Positions 1 to 13,386 of a DNA stretch of 64,000 nt are shown in pieces. The notes under the pieces were generated by a model. It searched no databases, was not told the origin of the DNA, and saw only the letters and a program-made list of their open reading frames with translations. A program made the translations under genes and the position numbers. Numbering within the stretch: position 1 is the first letter of the stretch; the number at the start of each line of letters is the position of its first letter. The stretch comes from Callorhinchus milii (Eukaryota), in assembly GCF_018977255.1 (NCBI RefSeq), contig NW_024704742.1:11596001-11660000 (forward strand). Direction: 5' to 3'.

Positions 1-280
1 CGCTTCCTCCCTTTCCTCCTTCAAGGCCGGTCTCAAAACCTTTCTCTTTGACCGTGCCTTCAGCTCCCCTCTCGACTCTCTTCCTCCTCCTCGCTCCCTC
101 CCTTCCCTCCCCTCACCCTGACCATTTCCCCCCTCCTCTCTCCCTCCCTTCCCTCCCCTCACCCTGACCATTTCCCCCCTGCTCGGGTCATGACCCAACT
201 GTGCAGCGCCTTGGGACGTCCTCCTGACGTGAAAGGCGCTCTATAAATGGAATCTTGTTGTTGTTGTTGTTGTTGTTGTT
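1..280 (+). mobile_element. L2-type LINE 3' end (young family A), cut by window start
   Basis: ORF2 C-terminus (FKAGLKTFLFDRAF), pyrimidine-rich 3' UTR, tail CAGCGCCTTGGGACGTCCTCCTGACGTGAAAGGCGCTCTATAAAT and (TTG)n. Nearly identical to the copy at 40297. Confidence 0.85.
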
Positions 281-529
281 CCCTGAATCACAATAGTTCC
301 TGTAAAATGTTTACTGTAGAGTTTTCATTGATTCAACATGCAATTTGCATTGAACCAGCAACAAATGGCCTTACGTAACTGGCCTGTATGAAGTCTAATT
401 GTTTTCTCATGAGTTGTTTCAGGGTCTGGAGACTACAAATTGCCAGGATTTTTGGCCCATGACTGTAAGACTTAATTTGTATGTCACAAGATTAATTGGG
501 GATGAGATAAAGGCAAACCCATAGGTCCA

Positions 530-770
530 GCATCTCAAAGCGCTTCACAGGATTTGCTGTGACATGAATGATTGTGTATTTGTAGGCAACTGCAGAAACA
601 CAATTGCACACAGCACAAACAGCCATGAGACGAATGACCAATTTTATTTGGGGGATTGTTGGCCAGGACACTGGGAGAAATTCCCTTCTCTTTTTGAATA
701 GTGCCATGGGATCTTTAACATCCACCTGAACAAGTAGACGGGACCTCGGTTTAATGTCTCTGCCGAAGGA
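530..770 (-). mobile_element. Deu-domain SINE fragment (SacSINE/AmnSINE-like)
   Basis: Reverse strand reads GAGACATTAAACCGAGGTCCCGTC...GGTGGATGTTAAAGATCCCATGGCACTATT...GTGTCCTGGCCAA, the Deu core as recalled. Related copies near 27857 and 58170. Confidence 0.75.
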
Positions 771-1204
771 CATAGGAAAACAGGAACAGAAGGAGGCTTT
801 TCAGCCCATCCAGCTTGTTCCAACAGCTCATCCCCAAATGTATTAACTCCCATAGCAAAAGATATAGTCAATTCACTTTACAGCGTATTTTTGTGAAACA
901 TTTGAGAGGTCTCAATGATGTGATAGGGCACTATATCAAATGCAAGGATTATTAATGCATCATGCTGAGGCCACTATAGGGTGATCTGATTTGGTTGTTC
1001 AAAAGAATTGATCAGGTCTATGGGGAATGACAGTTTCCTCTTGTAGAGGAATATTAGAGGGGCATATCATTAATAATGGCTCATATTTGTTTGCTTTCCC
1101 AATTGTGTATTGCCTGTGGTGTTTCAGAGGAATATTTGAGGAATAAAGTATTTTGCACATTAAAAAGTTTCTTATCTTAAAAAAAATTGTGTTTTTAATT
1201 CTAG

Positions 1205-1390
1205 ATCCGATCTGGAGAATCTGCTGCAAATCTTGCTCGGGAGCTGGCTGAGCAAACAAGACGACTGATTCACGCTGGAGACATTTTGTTCTCTGTAAAG
1301 TTCATGGAACAGCTTGTAGATTTGCTGAATATGCAGCTCATTAGCTTGACTCCAGGAGGGAAGGACAGCGCTGCTCGGAGCCTGAACAAG
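1205..1390 (+). CDS. ADGRL3: Latrophilin-3-type adhesion GPCR, internal exon (start of GAIN domain)
   Basis: AG 1203-1204, GT 1391-1392, 186 nt, phase 0-0. Encodes IRSGESAANLARELAEQTRR...LTPGGKDSAARSLNK; the C-terminal motif matches LPHN3. Confidence 0.93.
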
Positions 1391-1859
1391 GTGGGAAAAC
1401 TTTGCCTCTCTATCTGTGGGAACCAAACTGATTCTAAGGAGGTTTTTTATATTAGTGTAACATTTGGCACATAGCCTCATGCTTTAGGAAGCACAGTTAT
1501 GTTGTGCACCCAAATCCAACCTTCAAAAAAAAAACATTTTCTTCACTAAATTATTTCATGATACCTTGTTCATAAAATCATGCAATATTTTGCAAGAATC
1601 TTATCTTCTGGAATAAAATGCTATTTCATTACAAAGGAGAAATTCCTGCTACTTCTAAATACAAAAATCCCATGGAATTTGTATCAAGCATCCTCTTGTA
1701 TTCTGCTATTTCTGGCCAGGCCTGTTACTGAGTAGCTCGGAATTGCTCTCATAGAACTGAGATTAATTGCTTCACTGATTGTAGCTATTTATGCTGGTAC
1801 TTAGCTCTTACATTGCTCTCATATTTTTCTACACTTTACAAACTGGGTTCACCTTAATT

Positions 1860-3400
1860 CACTCAGTCCACGACTGTTTGTGGGACACTGATGTGCGCAA
1901 TTGGCTGCTGCATTTTGCTCACAAAACGTACAGTCAGTTCAATTTACACAACAACAACTTGCATGTATTACACAACAATAACTTGCACCCTCCACGCAGG
2001 GTAGCATCTCAGAGTGCGTAACAGTGGCGGAGCCTGACTCCAAGCTGGGGGAAGGGGGTAGGTGGCCGTAAGCACGGTCGAACAGGAACGCTTTCAGGCG
2101 GGACATGAAAGAGGGGAGAGAGGGATTGAGGGAGAGTGTTCCAGAGTTTCGGGACATAGTGGCTAAAAGCGCGACCTCCGATGGTGGGGCGGAGGATGCA
2201 AGGGTCAGCAAGAGGCCAGTGCCAGTCAGGCGGAGGCGCCGGGTGGTGGAGTCGGGAGTGAGGAGGTCGGAGAGGTAGGGAGGAGCTAGGGAGTGAATGG
2301 ATTTGAACATGAGAGTGAGGATCTTGAAGTCGATCCGTTTGGTGATGGGGAACCAGTGGAGCCTGGGCCAGAACTGGTGAGATGTGAGTATGGAGGTTGG
2401 TCGGGGTCAGTATGCAGGCGGCAGAGTTTTGAATGAGCTGGATCTTGTGAATGGTGGAGCTGGGAAGACCGATGAGGAGTACGTTGGAGTAATCCAAATG
2501 CGAGGTGACAAACGCATGACCAAGGGTTTCGGCTTCATTTGAAGTGAGGTACAGTCGGAGGTGAGCAATGTGGCAGTGTTGGAAGAAAGTGGTCCTGGTC
2601 AGGGACCAGATGTGGGACAGGAAGGACTGTTAGGGGTTGAATCGGATGCCTAGGTTGCGCACTGGTTCAGTCAGTCTGAGGGAGAGCCCAGGGAGGTTGA
2701 GGAGTTTAGATTCGCAGGAGTGAAGATGTTGATGGGAGCCAAGGAGTATGGCTTCCATCTTGTCCACATTCAGCTGCAGGAAGTTTACAATCGTCCAGGC
2801 CTTGGATGTCTATCAGACAAGCTGATAGAACATCAGTGGACTTGGAGTTGGTACTGGAGGAGGCAAAGTAGATTTGTGTGTCATCCGCATACATCTGGAA
2901 GTTTACTCCGTGTCTGCGGATGACATTGCCCAGAGGGAGCATATAGGTAAGGAAATGAAGACGACCAAGGATGGAGCCCTGGGGTACCTCACAGGTGACC
3001 GATCGGGGGAGGGAGGAGAAACCATTTGCTGAGATGAAGTGGAGTGGGTTGTTTAAGTAGGACTCGATCCATGCGAGTGCAGTCCCACTAAGGTAGATGA
3101 GGCAGGAGAGCTAATAGAGGAGGATGGTGTGGTTGATTGTGTTGAACGTGGCAGAGAGATCCAGGAGGATGAGGAGGCAGAAGGAGCTCTGGTCACAGAT
3201 AGAGAGAATGTTGTTTGTGACTTTGACAAGCGCTGTCTCTGTGCTGTAGGCAGGGCGAAAACCAGACTGCAGGGACTTGAGGGAGTGGAGGGAGAGGGAG
3301 AATATAATATTCAATTTACAGTATATTCTGTGAAGGGCTTTGGGACGTCTCGAAGAAGTGATAAGGTGCTATATCAAATGCAAGGATTATTATTGTTATT
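1860..3400 (+). mobile_element. SINE 3' half, split by an L2 insertion (halves about 1860-1948 and 3310-3400)
   Basis: Both halves match consecutive parts of the intact SINE at 26110-26428. Confidence 0.8.
1949..3309 (-). mobile_element. 5'-truncated, frameshifted L2 LINE (RT domain to 3' tail)
   Basis: Minus-strand fragments QSGFRPAYSTETALVKV, LLDLSATF, MYADDTQ and IQNSAA. (CAA)n tail; TSD TTCAATTTACA at 1938-1948 and 3310-3320. Confidence 0.92.
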
Positions 3401-3402
3401 AA

Positions 3403-3968
3403 TCTCCTTGTTAGCCTTCCCAACTCTTCCCTCCACATGCTGCAGATCATCCAGAACTCTGCAGCTCATGTCCTCTCCCACACCGGGCTCCTTGACCCCA
3501 TCACCCCCACCCTCACATGGCTCCACTGGCTCCCCCACCCTCAGAGGATGACATTCAAAATCCTCATCCACACTTTCAAGGCCTTGCGCCCTCCTACCCC
3601 TGTGACCTGCTGACTCCTATCAACCTGTCCACTCCCTCTGCTCAGCAGACACTGGCCTGCTCCACATCTCCCACCCGACCCACCCTACCATTGGTGGCCG
3701 GGCTTTCAACCTCTCTGCCCCCACCCTTTGGAACTCCATCCCACAATCCCTTCGCCTTGCTCCTTCTCTTGCCTCCTTCAAAGCAAGACTCAAATCTTCC
3801 TTTTTGACCATACCTTCAGCTGGCCTCCTACCCCCCCTCTGCCCTCCCTCATCCCAAACCTTCCCCCCACGCACAGGTCCTGATCACTGACTATTCAACT
3901 GTTCAGTGACTTGGGAAGTCCTCTCGACATGAAAGGCGCTTTACAAATGTAATTTTGTTGTTGTTGTT
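3403..3968 (+). mobile_element. L2 LINE 3' fragment
   Basis: Degenerate ORF2 C-terminus; tail GAAAGGCGCTTTACAAATGTAATTTTGTTGTTG. Confidence 0.8.
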
Positions 3969-4779
3969 AACCTGATCTATTCACATGCAAACCCACATCA
4001 GCCTCTAAACACACTGCACATTTGAAGGTGGCTGGCTGTAAGTTCATTTGGTAGAAGCCTATTCAAATTGGATTATAATCTTGTACTACTCGTTGAGGAA
4101 AAGTAATATTAATTAGATTCACTAATACTTTCATTTAAAAGAGTTTTATCCTGATTCCTACAGTTCTTCTGGTGACGTCCAAGAACGATAGATTAAGAAT
4201 CTTTGATTTTGTGGTTGAGTGATGTGGAGCTGCACTTGCGTTGACTGTGTTGCAGGAAGCTGGGACACTCTTCAGTGGGTGGGAGAAGATTAAACACACC
4301 CTCAGGATTTAAAAATAAAATCTTATTTTCCAAGCCAAAACTCGTATTCAGCTCTGTAAGTTAACAAGGCTTTTTTTCCCAAAGAGAGAGGCTAAAACTA
4401 CAGGTTAGGTATTAATCCTGGGGTGCTTCTGCTGAATGCCAATAGCAGATGATGTGCAGTGCCAACAGTGTTTAGCTATAACTTAGTTGAGATCTGCTTC
4501 AACCATCATGCCACCAACTCTCTGATAGAGTAGTGGCGAGGGGGGAAGGCCAGGCAAATTTTCCACTAAAACGGCACCTCAGATCCAAACGTTTTATTCA
4601 CCACCGAGCAAGTGTCTGACCAATAATGTTACTTTGCTTCTGCAAGTGGAGAATTATTTAAGCTTGGAATTCAATTGCTGTGTGTGTTTGAAGAAGATTT
4701 TTCTTCCTTCTTGCGACTTTTTCAGTTGTTTCAGTTATATAATAGCTTATGCAGATTGAACTGCTTACATTTCACTCCC

Positions 4780-5130
4780 CTACCTGAACCCTTTACTCAG
4801 CTGGCTCCAGACTCCTGCACATCTCTTATCAAGCGCTCCAGTTCATTACCTTGTGTGAAGAGCGCTATATAAATGCAAGCTTGTTATTATCCCGTCCACC
4901 AATGGTGGCCATGTTTTCAGCCATGGAGCCCCAAGATTCTGGAACTCTGTATCAATCCCTCCACCTTGCCTCGTCCTTGCACATTTCAGATATCATCTGA
5001 AGACCCTACTCTTCAACCTACAGTCACCTCACTCACTCCCTGGCTTGGCATCAAGCTCCAACACTGTTGAGCACTCCCAAGACGCTACCTGTGTGAAGGT
5101 TGTACAATAAATACAAGTTGTTGTTGTTAT
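4780..5130 (+). mobile_element. Two adjacent degraded L2 3' ends
   Basis: Two GTGAAG...AAATRCAAG..TGTT tails, ending near 4890 and 5130. Boundaries approximate. Confidence 0.65.
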
Positions 5131-5454
5131 TGAACTCTGTTTCCATTTAATGTCTACTGTGAAAGCGAGGGGGAAGAGAGAGGGAGGGAGGGGGAGAGCG
5201 AGGACCAAATGGAAACTGTGATGTCCTCTGAGAAAACACTGGGTGAAGAAATGACAGACAAGTTAATTTTGCAGTGCAGTTGACCTAGGGATCTTAACAC
5301 CTGAATATGAATGATATGGCTTCCTCCTGTACTGTAAACCATGTATAATTCTATGCCTTAGGTGCTTGCTTCCTATACAATTCTGGGGTGGATAAATCAC
5401 ACACCACCCAGCTTAGCTCAAAGCAGCGTGCCAGGTAGAGGAAATAAATACTCC

Positions 5455-5720
5455 ACAACAACTTGCATTTATATAGCGGCTTTCACGCAGGGCAGCGGAG
5501 GATTTCACAGTGGCAGATTCTGACACTGAGCCAGAGGGAGGGGGGAGGTGACCATAAACACGATAAAAAAGGAAGGCCTTTAGGAGGGATTTTGAAGGTG
5601 GGGAGGGGGCAAGGTGGAGGGATTGAGAGAGAATTCCAGAGTGGGCCGTAGTGGCTGAAGGCACGGCCACCAATGGTGGAACAGAGGGCAACGGGATCGG
5701 TGGTAACGGGTGGTAGAGTG
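5455..5720 (-). mobile_element. L2 LINE 3' fragment
   Basis: CAACAACTTGCATTTATATAGCG tail; similar to the 1949 and 14332 copies. Confidence 0.75.
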
Positions 5721-8700
5721 GGAGGTAAGCTGGTTTGAGTTTATTTTACTTGAGTAACGTAAAATGAGAAAAATCTTTTTAATATTCACATGATGTCTTG
5801 CCAAATTCAATTCACTTCCAGTAAATAAATTTATTTTTCAGTCATGCGTCACAAATTGCCATAATTGTCAGCATTCTTCATTGTATCAGTCTAGTCAGTG
5901 AATGTGGCATCTGGTGTACTGGCCTTGGAGGAAGTTCAGCAATGATTCCCCACAATGTTGCCTGGTGTGAAGGGACTTGTCTGTGCTTCAAGATTGGGTC
6001 AGTTTCCTACCACTGAAAGAAGTTCTGATTAAGGTGTTGGAGATGAAAAAAGGAATTGACAAGTTAGAAGCTAAACAATTCTTCCCTTATAATAGGCGTA
6101 AAATTAACCCTACGTAGCTAAAAAAGAAACTCACAAATAATTATAGTAATCCTTGCATTTGATATAGAGCCTTATCACATCTTCGAGACATCTCAAAGCG
6201 CTTCACAGAATATACTGTAAAGTGAATTGATTATACATTTTGCAGGCGAAACATGGCAGCACAGCATTGTCCCACAAACAGTCGTGGATTGAGTGATTCA
6301 TTTTTTTTACTATTTGAAGAGATTATATTGTCTTCACACAAATATTGGTGGGTTTATCGAATTTACTGCCCAGCTCACTATAAATGCAGGAATGATGGTC
6401 TAATCCTGTTCTTCTATTCTATATCGAAACCTGTGCTGTCTTCTCCAGATGTCCATGCACTTTCCAGCTGTGACATCAACAGATAAAAATCTGCAGCACA
6501 AACACTTGTTTTTTTTTGCTTTTTCCGCTTCCAAGTCCAGAGGCACTGAGGTATTTGTAGCACAGTATAACCGAGTCTGTGCTTTGTAAAATAATCTCAC
6601 CATCCTGGCTGAGATCATTTTGTAAAGCACAGTCTCTGTTATACTAACCGTTAAATCCACACAGCCTCATTGCCCATTTCAGATCAGATAAATCAGCACA
6701 GACCACGTTACTGGTCTGAGATCAACTAACTCAGCACAGACTGGCCTCGAGCCTGATCTATATGATTTGATTTCACTTTGGGCAACGAATTTACTCGAGG
6801 CAAAAAAAAAGCTGTATCGAAATTAAACAATGTGAATTACAGAACATAAGTGCGGAAGACAACATTCAGAAAGTTTTCCTTATTAAATGGTGAATTTGTT
6901 TTGATAGTTTTTCTTCCAGTATCACTCTTCGGAAAATGCATTGCCGCAGGAAGGTTTGACAGTCTAAATGATCACTGGTGATGTTAATACTTCTACTTCT
7001 ATTCTGTCATCGTTTGAACAAAAGCAGCTTTATTACGTGCAGATGACTTGATGTTATAACTGAATTATGATGACCTCCCCATGGCTTGAATGCTGTGTAA
7101 AAACTGCATTCTCACTCAGCCCTGTGTGCTCATGTTTCAGAGATTTTTAACAGACCTATCATTGCTCCTGCAAGGACTGTTCATTGAAAGGAACCGATAA
7201 AGTGGAATGAAGTGAGAAAAGGGATTCCAAACCGATCAAGTGCTCGGTCTAAACTTGTTCACACCTACAAGCTGTGAAGAGTTGCACTATTACTGTATGG
7301 TAGATGACCTCGGTTGAGTTGAGGCTTCGCAAGAGAAGCGCAACAGAGTCAGGAATTGATGAGATACTGAATGTGGATGTCAGGCAATCTTGACTGCCTT
7401 CGGAATTCACTCCAGTGTGTCTCTGCCCACCTTAAGCAACACAACTTTTCCCACAGCTGTGGTTGCCCACACATCCAATAAATCAGTTAATTTGTACGGT
7501 CTGATTTTGAACCACCTCTGGATCCCATCTGCGTCAATCAGTGTCTGCCCAGGAGCTACCAATCAATTTGCAATCACCTAGAAATTCAAGTGTGTGGAGC
7601 CATGATGAAGAGCAGTCTACGTCAGTGAGCCCCATAACAGGCCCAATAATTTTCTACCAGTCTTTTATGCTCCATTCATCAGAGCAATTTCTGCTCGCCA
7701 TTTACGAATACACAAATTAAAGTTCACAACCAATTATATACACAAGGGTGGGGTGGGCGTGGGAGAGGGGTGGTAGCAGAGAGCTCCTGTGTCAATGAGC
7801 TTTGATAATTTTTCATCTTGGCAGTGAAGAGTGCTCCAGGGAAAAAAAATAGCAAAGCAAAATAAAAAAAGCTAAGGCGCAAGGCCTTCTTAGCGACTGT
7901 TGCAATGTAACATGTTAAGTGCAATTTTACATGATGCACCGCACTGAAGAATTTTTGTTCCTGTGTTTAACCTTTAGATCCCAGGACAGTCTGTGTCTGC
8001 CCAACATTTAAAGATATCCTGAAACATCCATGTGCAGTGTCAGTGCATGTAGCTTGTGCTCACTTGGAGTTCACACAAATATCAAAATTTGGCAAATTCT
8101 GACCTGTCGTAATGGGAGATTAAGAGGGAATAAAGGAGACGACTGTGTTGTACGATTAACGGAAAGTCTCGTCAAAAAAAGGCTCCAGGAATCGTGAAAA
8201 GGGAGAATTTTATTAGGAGGGAGATGGTATTGGGGATGATTGTTAAAAGTAAAATAATCTTTCCTCATGCTCTATTAATAGTGATACATTTTCAGTCTAA
8301 GTAAAAATGAAACAATTTGAAAACCACATAATTTGTCTTGGAGTTTTATCCAAACACCACACTAAGTATTGGTTGGATTAATTAGTTAGGCTTTACAGCT
8401 ACAACCTGCATTTATAAAACAATATTCACTTGAAAGAAGGCCTCGAGTGATGAGGATGGAATTCAATGGAAATTGTGAAATTTCATTATTTTAGAATATA
8501 AAGTCATTAAGCATGTTAAGCAGAGGTCACTTTCCTTAAACTTCCTGCCTCGTAGACTGAACCTTGAAGTTGCAGTTGCTGAAGGATAGCTAGACCAGGC
8601 AATTGTGGTCTATTTATGAGTTATTTCGTCAATGTCTCATTGTTGCAGAAAATATCTCAGGAACAAATCCATCCCTACATGGAATTGAAAAAAAAACATA

Positions 8701-9022
8701 TTTTGAGAATGAAGAGACAACAGAAATTACTGACGTTGGGATTTCTGCTGGGCAATTTTGATTTTTGGAAATATCTGTTGCTTGACTGTATGAATTGATT
8801 CTAACACTAAATGGGGTGATGTTGAATGCAAGTGTGAAAGGAAAGCTAGTAGTCTAAATTGAATCCAGTCTTTTCAATATCACTCAGTTATGACTGATGT
8901 GTGTGTGCCTGGCAGATGAGTCTGTTATTTGATTTCTATTTTTATCATGTCTTCCTGCTGTCATTGTGACTAACTTTCTGATATTCTGTGTTCAATTGGT
9001 GATGCTGGCATTATGGATTCAG

Positions 9023-9061
9023 CTTCAGAAAAGAGAGCACTCTTGCAGGGCATACATTCAG
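9023..9061 (+). CDS. ADGRL3: 39-nt cassette exon in GAIN domain (LQKREHSCRAYIQ)
   Basis: AG 9021-9022, GTAACT at 9062, phase 0-0. Matches the known latrophilin splice insert LQKRERSCRAYVQ. Confidence 0.9.
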
Positions 9062-11449
9062 GTAACTTTTTTCACGGGTTTGTTTTACGATGTGCTTCCA
9101 CCATTAAAATCCCCTCTATGATCATGTTTCACCCCATGCTCCGCATCTTCCTGAAGCTTATTGACTGGATAAATTAACTGGCTTAATTTATTGCTGTATC
9201 ACTTAGCTCATGGAGTTAGTCATAAGGTGTTTGTTTTCCATTCCTCCAGCCAGACCATTCCCTGCATGCTGGTGCTCATGGTGTTGACAGGGCACTGTAA
9301 CATGAAATATTGTAAGCAGTTTAAAAATAATTTGAGCTATTCACAAATGGCCCATCTGCCATTGCTTTAAACTGTATTGCTGAAGTGGTGTGGTATTACT
9401 ACAGCCTGCCTAGCGACTCTTTCTTGAGTGAATGTTTCTGGATGCGAGTAAATCTAAAGTATTTACAATGCTGACTTTCCAATCATTCTTTTGCATGATC
9501 ATTTGTTCCAGTTAACTTGCTGCTTTGAAACACGTTAATTGAACTGGATGTCTAGTCCCAAGTATTGTTTCAGCATTGGTGGGCAACGCTTAAGGTGTGC
9601 TCATTAGTACAGTCATTCCTATGCATCTTGGTCTTGCTGGACGTGTTTGTTAAACTCCATTATTGGGACTAGTGATAACTATAAAGGAGATTATATAGGA
9701 AAGAGATCCATTAGCAGAGTAGAAAGCCCAGCCACCTATATGTCATGGTGTTCCTTCAGGTGAGATAAGGTTTGCATGCTATGAGGTGGTCAAAAGTGAC
9801 TGCTCAGTTCAAATGGAGGTACATGGTTCAAACCTTTCACCTGCTATTTGCAGATATGTACCAATTGTTTTGAAATGGATTCTCAGGTTATTAGCAGATT
9901 GATATTGGCTGCTAATGAGATTTCCCCTTTACAATTAGGTGCACATCATCAAAGGTGTAATGTGTTACACTGACTGGAATTGCTTCCCACTTGTGTCGAT
10001 TCCTCTGAGCTGACCAGTCCTACGATGTGCAGACAAGCTTTGCTTTAGCTCACCTATGCTATCATTATGTTGTGTAACCATTTTAGAAAACGGCACTTAA
10101 TAAGCAACCAGCTGAACTCTTCATTGGACAAGGGGAGGAAATCCTTTCGATGTTCAACTTTCTATTCATTAAATCCAAAAGGTTAAACTAATGAAGAGTA
10201 TCTAGTCAAATATTGTTATCCAGAGACAGTATTTCGATTTAGTCAGCAATTTGAATTGAAATTGAAATATTTTGTTATTCTATTAATAATAATAGTGTGT
10301 ATATATTCTGAAGCCCATCAATTTCTGTCATTTCAAAATTGCTCTTGTTTTAATCAGCCGTATTTCAAATCTCGTACACAGATTGTAAACTCGTAAGCGA
10401 TTCTCCTGGTTATTTATTGAGGCAGGTAATAAAGCTTTAGCTAATTGTGTAAGAGGTTGTAAATAAGTTGCTGTGACTGCCATTTTCTTGACAAAGGAGA
10501 CTGAACAGAAATCTTTTTAATGCCAAATGAAAGGCAAACAGATGAAGATGTTGTTTCCCTTGTTCTGCCGCTGAATTGGCTGTTTGTCAAACAGTTCCAT
10601 GGTCTGTGACAAACAACTTTCTGAACTTCCTAATTAACTTTGCCTTTTTGACTGTGGAAGGGCTACGTGGCTTGACGCCCTTGTTAGGCTGGTTGGAGTG
10701 AATTGGCAAACCATGCTTGAGACCTGCCTGTTTGAATCACTACCTGTTTGTCCAGTACTTTACAGTTTGGAAACAAACTGGAGAGAACATTTTCTGGGTG
10801 TTCGTCTGCAGTGAGAGGGTGAATTGACTGATTTCAGCCATGTTTTGAGTTTCCTTTGCCTGTCCTAGAATGAGCCTTTCTTATCCTAGAATAAGTTTTC
10901 ATAAAATGTCCTTATTGGCCAACCACTGAATGACTAAAAGAGACTGGTTTAGTCGTCATTGAATGCCATTGATATTCTGATAGGCAAACCTTGAATGGCA
11001 CATCTTTGAGAAATGTTTTTTTCTTTATCAGAATTGTTCCTTTGCAAGCTACAGATCTCAGCCCTTCACCCGGCACTTTGTTGTTTTCTCTTCCAAGCCC
11101 TTTCAAGAGGTGGTATGTGACTGGCATGTTCCCAGTCCTCCACCAGTCCTAATTTTTGCATGCTTATGAAGACAAAAACGCTTTCAGACATCTCAAAGAA
11201 GTGATAAGGCGCTATATCAAATGGAAGGATTATTATTATATATTTTTATAAATGCATGGTCACCATTCATGTTTTTACCCAGATCCAAATTGTATGTCGA
11301 ACCTTATGAGCTTTTTAAAACTAAAAGTAATACCTCCAAGGTTGAGAAGTTTTTTTTTTAAAATGACTTTCTACTACACCATTTTTTAAATGACTTTTCT
11401 CAAAATGCTCACCTGTTCTGATATCTATCAATATTAGAAACTGTCCAGT

Positions 11450-11760
11450 ATCAACCTGTCCGCTCCCTCCACTCAGCAGGTTGCGTCCTGCTCCACGTCC
11501 CCGCCCTCCCCACCATCATTGATCAAGCCTTAAGTCTCTCTGCCCCTACTTTTTGCAACTCCATCCCACATTCCCTTCCCTTCCCTCCCTCCCTTGCCTC
11601 CTTCAAAGTCCGTCCCAAGACCCTTCTCTTCAGCCAACCTCCTGTCCTCCTCCCTCCCTGATCCCAAATCCCCACCGCTGGGTCCAAATCCCTGACTTTC
11701 CAACGCCTTGGGACGTCCTCCTGAAGTGAAAGTCGCTATACAAATGTAATTTTGTATTGT
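11450..11760 (+). mobile_element. L2 LINE 3' fragment
   Basis: Tail CGCCTTGGGACGTCCTCCTGAAGTGAAAGTCGCTATACAAATGTAATTTTGTATTGT. Confidence 0.75.
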
Positions 11761-13340
11761 ATCTGGTACCTCATCCAAATTATATATGAGGCGAGTTATT
11801 GACCTACTGGTTGGTCATCACAAATGTGCCAGATCCTGCTCTTGCTTGATGACCATGATATTCATGTGTGTTTCCAGTAGCCAAGACGAGGTGGCAACTT
11901 TGGCAGATTATAGCTCTCACTAGCTCAGGATTGGTGAGGCCAATTACAACATGCCTTGGCTAAGTTAACTTGCCACATACCAGTTATTGAGTAATGTTTG
12001 TTTTTTGTTTCCCCATCAATTTAGCTATTGGGTGCAAACTCAGAGAATTTCATACAATTTGGGTGAGGCAAGTCAAATTTAGGATTTCTCTTGACCTTTT
12101 CCTAATATTTCAAATAATTTTGAATTGGATAAATAGAAGTGATGCTTTTCAGTTGACCAGTCTATTCTCATTTCCCAGAGAAATACAGGCTAAGTTCATC
12201 GATAGTACTCAATCACTGTTTTTACCATGAAAAGCTACAGCCCAGACTTAAACCATGGAGCACATTCCATTGTGAGGGTGCTCAAGAGCAATTAGTTGGC
12301 ATCCCGTGTTTGCAAACGCATATGAATATTATGCTAGATTGTTCAACTAGGACTGTGTTTTGCCCACATGTCCTTTATTTGAGAGAAGAAATAGCAGGTT
12401 CCTTGTCCATGTGAATGTTGGTGAGGTTATTGTGTGCAATGATATGTAAAATGACTTGCCAGGATAAAAAATAGTTAAGTTATAGGTAATATGACTTTGA
12501 CTAATGGTGCAAAACAAATTTGCATTGCTTTTTTTGAGGATTTTTTGAAGGGCGTGTCATCAAACTTAGTAAAATGTGATTATTTTTTAATGCACCCGAC
12601 CAGTGGATGAAATGGCATGAAGGAGACATAAAATACACACTGTTCTCAGATGCAAAGTGAATCTTTCAATTGTGGGCTGCTTCTTCAAGCCATTTTTGAA
12701 GAAACAATCATCACCACCAAAAAATAGATTTCATGTCAACCATTCAACCCAAATTTGCATGAATCCTATTTTGGTCTGTCATAAGCTGGTAGACAATAGT
12801 ATTAATACTTGTTTCTTAACCCTGCAATGCATAATTCTCAAGCATTGATCTAAATTACTCTGTCAGTTTATCTATAAACACGCTGTGTCTCAAACAGCAT
12901 GTACAGAAAAATATTCATGTCTCTTCAAATGAATTTCAGGCTTATGAACAAACAGATTATTTTCAGGTTAAAGAAACAGGCATATTGGACCTCTGAAAAA
13001 CATCACTGTGGTTTTGAACATCACTTGCTCCTTTTCCCTCTAAAAATGGCTTGTCGTGGTAAAGGATTTTTTGATGTTAAGCATTTCGTGCTGTGGTATT
13101 TTGTGCAAAATGAACATTAACATCTGGGCTTCACGTGTTGAGTTTGGAAAACAAGTGGATCAGTTGACATCTTTAATTTTGGCACAAAAGCACTGTGATT
13201 ATACAAAACGTGGAAGAAGGAGAGGATTCAATTTGAATTGTTATGAATGGAGTCACGTGCCACTGCTAATTGAGAGTTATTTTGTATGACTTTAGGATTG
13301 CAATCTCAAGATGCGCTTTTCGCACGCATACGCACCCTCC

Positions 13341-13386
13341 TTCATTCATTCATTCATTCATTCATTCATTCATTCATTCATTCATT
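13341..13386. repeat. (TTCA)11 microsatellite
   Basis: Perfect tetranucleotide array. Confidence 0.98.
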
